From contig NW_005201349.1 in the NCBI RefSeq assembly GCF_000372725.1, positions 322,723 through 386,722 on the forward strand: a DNA stretch of 64,000 nucleotides, written 5' to 3'. The first letter of the stretch is position 1, and each line of letters begins with the position of its first letter. The notes beneath the pieces are model-generated. The model did not search any database. It was given only the letters and a program-made list of their open reading frames with translations, and was not told the DNA's origin. Shown here one piece after another: positions 50,729-61,773 of the stretch. The position numbers and the translations under genes were made by a program. The stretch is from Emiliania huxleyi CCMP1516 (Eukaryota).

Positions 50729-51540
50729 CCTCCTCTCGGCCCCTCTCGGCTCCTCCCGGCTCCTCTCGGCTCCTCTCGGCTCCTCTCGGCTCCTCTCGGC
50801 TCCTCTCGGCTCCTCTCGGCTCCTCTCGGCCCCTCTCGGCCCCTCTCGGCTCCTCCCGGCTCCTCTCGGCTCCTCCCGGCTCCTCCCGGCTCCTCTCGGC
50901 TCCTCTCGGCTCCTCTCGGCTCCTCTCGGCTCCTCTCGGCTCCTCCCGGCTCCTCTCGGCTCCTCTCGGCTCCTCTCGGCTCCTCCCGGCTCCTCCCGGC
51001 TCCTCTCGGCTCCTCCCGGCTCCTCTCGGCTCCTCTCGGCTCCTCTCGGCTCCTCCCGGCTCCTCTCGGCCCCTCTCGGCTCCTCTCGGCCCCTCTCGGC
51101 CCCTCCCGGCTCCTCTCGGCTCCTCCCGGCTCCTCTCGGCTCCTCTCGGCTCCTCTCGGCTCCTCCCGGCTCCTCTCGGCCCCTCTCGGCTCCTCTCGGC
51201 CCCTCTCGGCCCCTCCCGGCTCCTCTCGGCTCCTCTCGGCCCCTCTCGGCCCCTCTCGGCTCCTCTCGGCTCCTCTCGGCTCCTCTCGGCTCCTCTCGGC
51301 TCCTCTCGGCTCCTCTCGGCTCCTCTCGGCTCCTCTCGGCTCCTCTCGGCTCCTCTCGGCCCCTCTCCTCTCGGCCCCTCTCGGCTCCTCTCGGCTCTTC
51401 TCGGCTGATCTCGTCTCCTCTCGGCTCCTCTCGGCTCCTCTCGGCCCCTCTCCTCTCGGCTCCTCTCGGCTCCTCTCGGCTCCTCTCGGCTCCTCTCCTC
51501 TCGGCTCCTCTCCTCTCGGCTCCTCTCCTCTCGGCTCCTC
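50729..51540. repeat. About 800-bp satellite of a 10-bp unit (tcctctcggc and variants), intronic
   Basis: Direct observation. Confidence 0.98.
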
Positions 51541-51544
51541 CCCA

Positions 51545-53177
51545 CCTCGAGCCGCATCGCCTCCAGCGTCCGATCGACCAGCCGAGGCTGCTGCCGCATC
51601 AGCGCTGCAAACTCCGCGTGCTGTAGCCCGCCTCGGCTCGCGGCCCCGGCGGCGCGGAACGTGGCTGCGACGGCGGCGTCAGCCTGCGGGACGTGTCTCG
51701 GACGCGTCTCGGACGTGGGACGGGCGTGTGTCGCCGGGGCGTGGCTGCTGCGGCGTCGGCCTGCTGCGGCGAGAGGTGTCCGAGGCCTAACGGAGAGCAA
51801 GAGGCGCCGAGTCAGCGCCACGGCCCCCCTCTCTCTCTCCTTGAGCAGCGGCGAGAGGGGGGGGGGGGGGGGGGGCAAAAACCCGATCCCGAGGCGGAAA
51901 GGAGGAGGAGGAGGAGGAGGAGGAGGAGGAGGAGGAGGAGGAAAAGAAAGGAAAGGAGGAGGGAGGGGGGGGGGCAAAAACCCGATCCCCAGGCGGAAAG
52001 GAGGGGGGGGAGGAAAATCTCCTCCCGCTCCCCCGTCCCGGAACTATTCGGGAGGCACCCGCCCCCCTTGACCCCCCGAGGGGGGGCTTTTCCCGCCCCC
52101 TTCGCCCCAAAAGAAACCGTCCAGGTGGTACCCGTCAAAAAGAAACCGCCGCGGGCGGGGCAACCCGCCGGTGAACAAAAAGGGGCGGCAGGCGGAAAAA
52201 CATTGGCGGGCAAAAAGGCGCCCAAAGGGCGGCAAGGCTTAAAGGGAAAACCCTTTTTCTGGCGGCTAAAAACCTCGGGCAGACCTCGGCCAGACCTCGG
52301 CCAGATCTCGGCCAGACCTCGGCCAGATCTCGGCCAGATCTCGGCTCGCGTCTCCGAGAGGTCGCCTGCAGCTTTTCAGAGGGGGAGAGCGCGCTCGGGT
52401 CGACGGCGAGGGGCAGCAGGCCTGCAGGGCACGCCAACGGCGGGGCGTGAGCGCGGCTTGAGTGCAGCGGAGCAGCGGAGTCCGTGACCTCTAAGGCGCT
52501 CGTCGGGGAGGCGAGGACGCGTCTTCCGCTTCTAGGCTGTGCAGGCCGGCCGCAAAGTCGGCGCGGGAGAGGGAGCCGCGCCGCTCGGCGTCGCACATGT
52601 CGAAGAGCCGGCTCGCCAGCGGCGCGTTCCCGCTCCCCGCGCTCGCGAACGCCTGCTGGAATACCGCACGAGGCAGCCGCGGCGGCTCGGCTGGAGGCGG
52701 CTCGGCGCCCGGCGTTGCGCCGGAAGGTCCTGCAGAGCGCTCGCTCGAGGAGCGGGTGGAGGCGGAGGCGGAGCTCCAGCACTGCTCCCGGAAGCGCCGC
52801 GCCCACGCGCACAGTCCGCCCGCAGCAAAGACGCTGCCACCGCCCGCCAGAGCGTCTGCAAGGCCAGCGTCGCCCGCCGCCGCCCGCGGAGCGGGCGGCG
52901 GCTCGGCCGGCTGGTCGGGAGGGACGCCGTGCATGAGCACGTGCCACAGCCGGCCGAGCTCGTGCAGCCCCTCCTTCCTGGCCGCCTCGGCACTCTTCCT
53001 CGCCTGCCGCTCCGCTTCGACTTGGCTGTTGTGTTGGTGGATCTGGTCGCGATTGGACACGTAGCTGACCCACGCCGTCACGTCGAGGGCGGATCGGTCG
53101 CCCGGGTAGGTGGCTCGTCTCGAGTCGAGCGAGCTCGTCGAATGGCGGCGCCGGTGCCGGTGCTCTGCGGCGCGCAT
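51545..53177 (-). CDS. EF-hand calcium-binding protein, multi-exon; probably continues in exons at about 49130-50065; interrupted by noisy sequence at 51840-52280
   Basis: LASRLFDMCDAERRGSLSRADFAAGL and AATFRAAGAASRGGLQHAEFAALM are EF-hand-like loops. Confidence 0.55.
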
Positions 53178-54839
53178 CGGTGTATGTCGGACTAACCCAA
53201 GTGCCGCGACGCTTGATGAGCGGGCAGGACCTCTGTTTTTTTTGGCGTCTATTCACACCCTCCCGCACTGTGCTTTGGACTAACCCCGACCCAAGCCGCG
53301 CTGCTTGATGAGAGGACACTTTTTTATGAGCTTAGCCTTCGATGTTATGAAACAACGCAAGGCGGACATGGCATATCGCTCTCGGGCCCACAGACATCCC
53401 GCACACTCGCCCACACCCGCCGCCCCAGCGCGCGCCCCACCCCGGCCGGGAGAGAGGGGAGTGACAGTTTGGGATTGAAAGCCGAGTACCTCCATGCTTG
53501 TGTCTGGTGTTTACTAGCTCCGAGTAGAGGGGGCGTTCCGGAAGCTGCGCCGCCTCGCGCGCAAAGTCGCGCGCGGCAGCGTTGACCGCGGGACACCCAA
53601 AGCGCAGAACCAACCCTCGGAGAACCGTGTTTACTTTTACGGCCCTTTCCCTGCGAACGCGCACCCCCCCCTAGCTAGGTAGGGGTCAGGGCTCTCTATC
53701 TAGCCCGTAGCACGATGCCGATCATCCGGCTCGCTGGGTGCGCTTCTTAGCTCCCCGGCCCTGGATGTGAGGTTAATGACTGCACTCCAAGTGCTCCAAG
53801 TACCTCGCACTCCATGTGCGAGAACGCAGGGTAAATGTAAGCCGGATGGCTCACAGGCCACCTCTTGCGCCCCGAGCTCACCATCTACCGCACTGAGCAC
53901 TTGTGCCCCCCGCTCCCAACCCATCCACCTCGCCTCGGGCCGCGCCGCGCGATCTCGGGCGATCTCGCGCAATCTCGGGCGATCTCGGGGCCGCGCCGCG
54001 CTATCTCGGGCGATCTCGGAGCGTCGCTCGCGCGGCGGCACACCTGCTCAAAAAAGGAAGGAGGTTGGAGGCAGGAGGTCACGCCCCATCCAGAGCGCCG
54101 TCGTCGCCGGGTTTTTGGCCCCCGGGTCGTCGCCCGACGGTTGCTGCGCGGGGCACGGCAGACCATCGGACGGCGGGACGACGCCCCGTCCGGCACGCTC
54201 CCCCCTCCACCCGGCTATTGCCGCACGAGCGCGGCAACGCCGACGGACTTCCCGTCCCCCCACCTGCGCCGCAATCACCGCCGTGATTGTCGGCGCTGCG
54301 CCCCTTGGCGCCTGTGCATGTGTCCCGCGTGCCCGCCCGCCAAGGCTGGTGCCAAGGCCAAATCAACTGCCAGGGCTGGTGCCAGGGCCAACTCAACTGC
54401 CTGGCTGGTGCCAAGGCTCAAAGGCTCTCCTCTCTCTCTCTCCTCCCTCTCCACTCTCTCAACTCTCTCCCCCCCCCCCTCTCTCCCCTGACTCTCTCTG
54501 CTCGCTCCGCCCTCCTCTCCCCCCCCCCCCCCCCCCCGTCGTCCGCCGCCGCCTCCACCACCCACATGCCTCCGCCCCGGCACCCCGAGCTCGTCAGCTC
54601 GTCCTCAGCATTATAAAGTGCATTATATCAGCAGGTGGAGGTGCCAAAGCAGCAGCATCTGCCATCTCAATGAAGCAAGGTAAAGCCGTAGGAGACCCGT
54701 CACACTCGAATCTCGATCTCGGAGACAGCCATCTCGAAAACTCGAGCTCGAAAAGCATTTTTTTCATTCTCTTATTTTCGTCAGAACATACCCGCTGCTG
54801 CACCTCCACCCTCTCGGCTCTAGCTAACTACCCCTGCGC

Positions 54840-56237
54840 TCACGCCTCGATCTTCTTGGGCAGCAGCTGGTTCGACAGGTCCTCTCCGTGGCCTAGGCAG
54901 CCGTCCTCGCCCTTGCCCCAGCTCCAGACGGCACCACCGGCGGCGAGGGCGAGGCCGTGGCTGCTTCCAGCCGACACAGCGACGACGCGCTGGCCAGCAA
55001 AGGCCTCGACCTGCTTCGGTAGCGGCTGGCTCTGCTCGTCGCCGTGGCCAAGCTGGCCCCAGGCTCCACCGCCCCAGCTCCAGACAGCGCCGTTGGCGGT
55101 GAGGGCGAAGCTGTGCCGGCCTCCAGCCGAGACAGCGACGGCACGCTGGTCAGCCAAGGCCTCGACCTTCTTTGGCAGCAGCTGGTCCTGCCGGTCGCCG
55201 TGGCCCAGCCGGCCGTGGCCTCCATCGCCCCAGCTCCAGACGGTGCCGTCGGCGGTGAGGGCGATGCTGTGGAAGTATCCAGCCGACACAGCGATGACGC
55301 GCTGGCCAGCCAAAGCCTCGACCTTCTTCGGCAGCAGCTGGCTCTGCGTGTCGCCGTGGCCCAGCTGGCCAAAGTGTCCCTGGCCCCAGCTCCAGACGCT
55401 GCCGTCGGCGGTGATGGCGACGCTGTGCGCGGTTCCAGCCGACACGGCGACGACGCGATGGCCAGCAAAGGCCTCGACCTTCTTGGGCTGCCACTGCTGC
55501 TGCTCGTCGCCGTGGCCCAACCGGCCAAAGTATCCATAGCCCCAGCTCCAGAGAGCGCCGTCGGCGGCGAGGGCGAGGCTGTGTGTGTTCCCCGCCGAAA
55601 CAGCGACGACGCGCTGGCCAGCAAAGGCCTCGATCTTCTTGGGCAGCAGCTGGTGCTGCTCGTCGCCATGGCCCAGCATGCCAAAGCCTCCACGGCCCCA
55701 GCTCCAGACGGTGCCGTCGGCGGTGCGGACGAGGCTGTGCCCGCCTCCAGCCGACACGCTCACGACACGCTCACCGCCCAGCGGGGAAGGGAGGCGGGTC
55801 GGCGTGTTGAGCCGCGTCACGCCCTCGCCGTGCCCGAGCAGCCCTGGGAAGTAGGACGGAGCCGAGCCGCACGACGAGAGCCGCCCCTCGCCGTCGATGA
55901 AGAGGCTGTGCTGAAGGCCTGCCGCCGCCCTCGCCGGCGGGTTGGACTCACACAGCAGCGCAGAACAGCACAGCCACCGCACGGCGCAGCCCTCGTCCTC
56001 TGGCTGCGCCGGCAGCTCGAAGCCGCGCTCTCGCGCCCACAAGCGGATGCCCTCCAGCGCAAGCGAGGCGTGGAAGAGCAGCGAGACGGCCGCGACGCGA
56101 GCGATGTCGGCGGGGCTGTCGAAGCGGGAGATGACGCGCGCGAGAAGCTCAGGGGGCAGGTCGGTGAGGGGGCAGTGTGCGGCGGCGGCGGCGGCGGAGG
56201 CGAGGCGGCGCGAGCGGCGGCGCGGCGGGGTGGACAT
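54840..56237 (-). CDS. F-box-like + RCC1-repeat (UVR8/HERC-like) protein, intronless
   Basis: LTDLPPELLARVISRF followed by about 6 tandem RCC1 repeats of the form VSAG..HSLAL.ADG.VWSWG.G..G.LGHGD. Confidence 0.92.
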   Translation of the reverse strand: MSTPPRRRSRRLASAAAAAAHCPLTDLPPELLARVISRFDSPADIARVAAVSLLFHASLALEGIRLWARERGFELPAQPEDEGCAVRWLCCSALLCESNPPARAAAGLQHSLFIDGEGRLSSCGSAPSYFPGLLGHGEGVTRLNTPTRLPSPLGGERVVSVSAGGGHSLVRTADGTVWSWGRGGFGMLGHGDEQHQLLPKKIEAFAGQRVVAVSAGNTHSLALAADGALWSWGYGYFGRLGHGDEQQQWQPKKVEAFAGHRVVAVSAGTAHSVAITADGSVWSWGQGHFGQLGHGDTQSQLLPKKVEALAGQRVIAVSAGYFHSIALTADGTVWSWGDGGHGRLGHGDRQDQLLPKKVEALADQRAVAVSAGGRHSFALTANGAVWSWGGGAWGQLGHGDEQSQPLPKQVEAFAGQRVVAVSAGSSHGLALAAGGAVWSWGKGEDGCLGHGEDLSNQLLPKKIEA

Positions 56238-56756
56238 CGCGACGAAAAGAATTTTCTGCGGTTCTTTTCCACAAATGCTAGCACCTTTGAACGTGTGGGC
56301 GGCAGCTGTCTGTTTACAGGCGCTGGCCGCCCGCGCGCGCGCCGGACCGGCTCCGGCACGTCCGGCGCTGGGCGGCGCGCGTCCACACTGCGCGTCGCGC
56401 AAAAGGCGAGCGCTCGCCGCCGCTACGGCGGCGGCGGCGGCCGGCGGCCGACGGCCGACGGCCGACGGCCGACGGCAGACGGCAGACGGCATACGGCCTA
56501 GGGCTCGGCTGGGCGCGCACGCGCACGCGCGGGCGTCGCGCGCCACGCGTCGCTCCGCGAGGGCGCGCGCCAACCGCGATTCGAACCGGGGCCAAAAGGC
56601 GCCTGGAGCGACCGCGGTCCGGTCGCGCCACCGCGGCTGCGGGGCTGATAGAGCAGGCCGGCTGCGGCTCCTGATGTACCTCCGCTTTTGGGTGGCGGTC
56701 GCTACGGCGCTCGCGGCGCGCTCGTGGCGTTCAGGGCGGCTCGCACACGCACACGC

Positions 56757-56833
<77 letters not shown>

Positions 56834-57826
56834 CACATGCACAGACACACAGCCCCTTCCCCTCCCCCCTCAAGGGCGAGGACACGCACAGGCCGCACCT
56901 CTAGTGAGGCCCGCATAGTATGTGGGAGACTCGTGCCGCCGCCCCTGCCACCCCTGTGTCAGTGTGCCTGTGGTAGGAGAGACTGCCAGCGACAAGCTGG
57001 AGGCAGGTCGCTAGACTGAGATGAGACCGCCAGTGGATGTGGGAGTCCACCGCGCACCGCGCTGCGAGCCTGTCGTGTCCCTTGTCAGGAGCAGGAGAGC
57101 CCCACCTGTCCCCCTGATCGTTCTTCCAAAATCCTGCTCGTGCAGGTGGGGACCCTGTCCTCGTCCCATCCCTCGTTTGGCGTGTCTGTTTTCTTTCTTT
57201 CTTTTCTTTCTTTCTTCGCTAGCACCTGTCCTATACGAGAGAGGAATCCCTGGGACCCTGTCGTGTGGGTAAACCCTGCCCAGCCCCCCTCCGTGTCGCG
57301 ATGCGCTCCCCGCTCCCGTTCCCCTGTGTCCCTGATCGTCCTTGCAAGATCCTGCTCGTGCAGGTGGGGACCCTGTCCTTCTCCCACCCCTCGTTTGGCG
57401 TGCCCGTTTTATTTATTTATTTATGCTAGCACGCGCCAGTTCGCACCTGTGTCGAGCCTGTCTGCTGTGAGAGAGAGCGTGTCCAAATTCTTTTCCACAA
57501 AAATGTACTTTACCCTAGGGAAAGAATTTTAGAGCACAGCACTGTGGCCATCCCACCGTTTGGGTGTTTATTTTCTTTCTTCCTTTCCTGGGCGCGGGAC
57601 TGGCCGCACTGGCAATCAATATTCCAATAAAAGGAACAGAATTAACGCGGACCGCGCGGTTCGCGGCACTAACACAGGAGAAGAAGAAATCACGTCTCGC
57701 TTCTTGTTTCTTCCTTTCTCTGCCGGCCCGCAGTGCGCGCAGCGACGGGAGCTCAGGCTTGTCCCTCGAGGTTTGTCCTCAAGGCGGCTTGTGGCCTGTG
57801 CTCAGGCAACTTTTCTCACATTTCTA

Positions 57827-59650
57827 TCACACCCCCGGCGGCCCGCCCTGCATACACCGAAAGGTGAGGTTGTAGCGCGCGCCCTCCCCATCCGCGGTGC
57901 TGCCCTGCAGCAGCGCGTGCGCGTACTCGCGGTTGCACTCGGCGGTCATCACGAGGAGAGAGCCGTGCGAGAGGCGGAGCCCGTACTGCGGCTGCTTGTC
58001 CTTGTACGCGTCGGGGCAGAACGCGAAGACGCGCGACGCGCCGAGCGAGATGGAGGCGACGGGCGTATCGTAGACCTGCCCCAGGACGGAAGGGGTGGGG
58101 ACGCGCCACGGTCTCTAATGAGGTGTCCATTCGTCTAGACCTGCCCCGCGTCGCTCGAGCCCTGCGCCTCCGCCCTGTCGCGGTGCCACGAGAGGCACGT
58201 GTCGCGACCGGCGTACCTAAGGTAAGGGAAGAGTGAGGTGAACTCCCTCCACACGATAGCAAGGACCAAGCTGTCCCTCTGTCTCCACGTCCTTCAACAA
58301 GAGCCCGGCGGCATGGCAAGTGCAATGCCCAGTGCGCGTGGGTGAGCGCGCCTCTGCACGAGGACGTAGTTGAACCTGTGCGGTCTCCCCTTCAGCTCCC
58401 GCTCCGAGAGCTGCGCCGCGAGCCTGCGCAGCAGCCGGCAGAGCTGCGCCTGAGGGGGAGGGGGAGGCAAGCGGACAGTGATCCTCTCGCGCGGGGCAGG
58501 GGCGGGGGCTCCAGCCCAGCCGCGCCTCTTCCTCAGGCCGGCCCGCGACGCCCTCCGACCACAGCGTCGGCTTCGTCACGTACCGCACCCTGCCGTACCG
58601 GTACGTCAAGCCCTCCGCCTCGGCGAACGCCAGGCGCGAGGGCGAGCTGGGCGGGCGCATGCCGCCGAACGCGTTGGGGACCGTCGCGGGTGCTTGTACC
58701 GAGTCATCGAAGCGCGCCGAGTCGTCGAAGGGCACGACGTCGACGCCATCGAGGAGGCGCGTGAGTGTCGAGGCGAGGTCGGCGGGAACGTACTCGGGCG
58801 TGAATGCGGCCAGGCTGCACGGCTTGCTGTGTTCGTTCGGCGTGATGTTGCGGCCCCCGTAGGAGACCGTGCCGCCGTGCAGGTGTCGCGCAGTCAGGTA
58901 CCAGCGGCTCTCGCCCAACGGCAGCTCCCACGGCGGGCAAAGCGCCCGCCCGCCGTCGTCGTCAGCAGACGGCCCTGGCGCGGACGGCGGCTCGTTGCGC
59001 CGCCGCTTGCCTCCACTCCCCTCGCGAGCAGGCGGGAGATGGTCCGAGCTCGGAGGTGCGAGGGCCTCTAGAGCGCCGCGTAGCTCGCGTGGTCCGCACG
59101 CGGCAGCGGATGCCAGGCGTTGCGCGTCCTGAGAGAAGCTCTGCCACGTGTGCGGCGGGTTGCACTTCCACTCGCAGACATTCCGCCACGGCTTGAGGCC
59201 CTCGTCCACTCGCTGCTTGTCCACCCACTCCGTCTTGGCTGCAGCCTCGTAGAAGCGACCACCGGGCGTGAGCCGCGCCGCGAGCTGCCGCAGCGGCTCC
59301 GTGCCGGCCGCGCGCTCGTACTTGATCAGCGTGTCCCAAGCAAACCACACATAGGCAACGTCGTGGGCGGCATCCGCCGCGTGCTCCACGAGCAGGACCA
59401 GCTTCACGCCGCTGGTCACGTCGGAACCGACGAGCGAGTCCGCATCGCGCACGCTGAGAAGCTCGAGAAGCGGTGCGGCCGGCAGCGCCGCCGCGGCCGG
59501 ACCGTGCACAACAAATATGACGGAGCCGTCCCTTTTCTGACGGTCGAGTACGATGTGATCGCCTGCGTCGAGCTGCATTGCCGTGCCATTTGGAAGCACG
59601 CTCAGCACGCCGTTGGCGCGTCGCACCTGCGTCGGATTTGAGCCCACGGC
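57827..59650 (-). CDS. FHA-like + AlkB-family (ALKBH2/3-like) Fe(II)/2-oxoglutarate dioxygenase, multi-exon; start not defined
   Basis: Spliced by eye: LTYRY, FNYVLVQR|YAGRDTCLSWHRD (HxD), VASISLGASRVFAF, LSHGSLLVM...YAHAL (distal His), RYNLTFR (RxxxxxR); N-terminal GSNPT...LDAGDHIVL resembles APTX/PNKP-type FHA. Confidence 0.85.
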
Positions 59651-60031
59651 CGGACAGATTGGTCCACTCAGTGCACTCTTGCATCAGAGCGTGTGACTCG
59701 GCTAACGCAATGAGTGAGCGCTCTCTAAGAGTCATTTCGAGCTTCGACCTCTCTCGCTGTCACTCTCTTCCCTCACTTTTCCAAGAAAGAAAAAAGAAAG
59801 AAGACAGCTGCTCACCCGCTGCACGATCCACGCTACACTGGCCAAGCACGGCTCTCACATAAACGCACAACCCTGGGCTCTCGGTTCCCTTTGGGTCGTG
59901 CTGTGAATAAACAGCGAAGAAGACGCCTGAGTCGACCCGTAGAGCTCACCCGGGTACCCGGACAGTTGTAGAGCTGAGGAAGCATCAGCCACTGCTGCAC
60001 GCCTTCCCTGCCTGCCTTCGCAGCATTGGTC

Positions 60032-61306
60032 ATGCCATCGACGAATGGAGCCTTTGCGTTTGCTCTTGTGGTCCTGATGCTCGGCCTCGTTTCGGTTGAC
60101 AACGTGCCGACCAACGCACAGCAAGAGTGTCTCTCTGGCGTTGGCGAGAATGACAGTACCCTTCTTGCGGTGCTTGGCGTCCTCTCGCACGCACCACAGC
60201 AGCGACTTCGCGATGCGTGGCGGCGCCACATTTTGCCGGTCGCTTCGCCCGACATTGCCGTCCGCTTTGTCATGCGCGGCTTCGGTGTTCCCACTCATGT
60301 GAACCTCGAGGCGAAGACGCACGGCGATGTTATTTTGCTCCGAGCGAATTCGTCCTTGCCGCGAGGGACGGGACCGTTGATCTCTCTAAGGCTCTGGTAT
60401 TCGTGCGCGTTGTCTGCCTTTCCGCAGGCGGCGTACGTTGGCAAGGCGGACGACGATACCTTTGTGCACTTGCCGAGCATTTCTCGCCAGCTCCAAGCTC
60501 TCCCACCCGACACGCCAACGTACTGGGGCAACTTTGAGTGCTATCACTGGAACATGACGCGGCAGACACCGACTTGGTTCTGCTTCGACTTTCCGCGCGG
60601 CACTGGCAGCTGTCGGATGAACCAGCAGGTGCTAGGACCCTTTGCCTTTGCAAAGGGCGCCTTGAACTTTCTAAGCCAGAGTCTTGCTCGGCACCTGGTC
60701 CGCAGTAAACTAGCAGCCAACAGTGCATCCGCAGCCGTTCGCACCTTTGCCGAATATGAGCAGATTACGCGCGGGCGCGAGTGCGGCCACTGCCTGCCTT
60801 TCGAAGATGTGTGGACAGGGGCTGCGATCGCGCGCCTGACAGAGCTGCCAAGCTTGCGCCTGGTCTCGTCGCCTCCCACCAGTGCTATCGTCCATTTGAA
60901 GGACAAGGCCAGCGCAAAAGAGTTTGAAGCCTGGTCGCACGTCGCATCAAGGAGGAGCCACTGCGATGCAGCCACCATCAACACCTCTTCCATGTGCACT
61001 ATCCACCCCGCACGCACCTGTGGCGGGGCTGAGCAGCAATTTTGCAGAGGCACCCCTCAGCATCCCTTGCGTGGCTCTTGCCCGGGCGACGAGCTGTACG
61101 AGGCTGAGCCCTGCAAAGATAACAAGCACACCAACGGGTGGTGCTTGCCCAAAAGGAGGCTGTGCACAGCCAATGAACGCGATTTCGTAACGCAACGCTG
61201 CCGCGCAACTTGCGGGAGGTGCACCCCGCATGTGACATGGATCGATGGGCTTCAGCGATGGGTTCAGGCCAAATCTGCCCAGGCTGCGTTCAATGCTTCA
61301 CTTTAG
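60032..61306 (+). CDS. GT31 galactosyltransferase-like protein with a C-terminal ShKT domain, intronless
   Basis: N-terminal TM; RDAWR..., EAKTHGDVILL, YVGKADDDTFV (DDD), FAKGALNFLS, FEDVWTG; CKD....C......C...FVTQRCRATCGRC (ShKT). Confidence 0.85.
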   Translation: MPSTNGAFAFALVVLMLGLVSVDNVPTNAQQECLSGVGENDSTLLAVLGVLSHAPQQRLRDAWRRHILPVASPDIAVRFVMRGFGVPTHVNLEAKTHGDVILLRANSSLPRGTGPLISLRLWYSCALSAFPQAAYVGKADDDTFVHLPSISRQLQALPPDTPTYWGNFECYHWNMTRQTPTWFCFDFPRGTGSCRMNQQVLGPFAFAKGALNFLSQSLARHLVRSKLAANSASAAVRTFAEYEQITRGRECGHCLPFEDVWTGAAIARLTELPSLRLVSSPPTSAIVHLKDKASAKEFEAWSHVASRRSHCDAATINTSSMCTIHPARTCGGAEQQFCRGTPQHPLRGSCPGDELYEAEPCKDNKHTNGWCLPKRRLCTANERDFVTQRCRATCGRCTPHVTWIDGLQRWVQAKSAQAAFNASL

Positions 61307-61773
61307 CGATCGCGCCCACAACGCTCGTGCGTAGGGTAGCGGAGAGGGCGGCGGCGGCGGGGGAGGCAGCAAGGGAGGCGGAGAGGGCGGCGGCGGCGAG
61401 GGAGACGGCGAGGGAGGCGAGAAGGGCGGCGGCGGCGAGGGAGGCGAGGGAGGCGGAGAGGGCGGTGGCGGCGAGGGAGGCGGCGGGGGAGGTNNNNNNN
61501 NNNNNNNNNNNNNNNNNNNNNNNNNNNNNNNNNNNNNNNNNNNNNNNNNNNNNNNNNNNNNNNNNNNNNNNNNNNNNNNNNNNNNNNNNNNNNNNNNNNN
61601 NNNNNNNNNNNNNNNNNNNNNNNNNNNNNNNNNNNNNNNNNNNNNNNNNNNNNNNNNNNNNNNNNNNNNNNNNNNNNNNNNNNNNNNNNNNNNNNNNNNN
61701 NNNNNNNNNNNNNNNNNNNNNNNNNNNNNNNNNNNNNNNNNNNNNNNNNNNNNNNNNNNNNNNNNNNNNNNNN

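Noticed and set aside
50706..51977. Long repetitive 'proteins' (SSRLLSAPLG / EEPRGAERSR)
   Set aside because: They are translations of a 10-bp satellite that is open in several frames.
51840..52280. Homopolymer-rich stretch with a duplicated caaaaacccgatccc (similar noise at 49620-49735)
   Set aside because: It looks like low-quality read sequence of a real exon/intron, not a biological feature.
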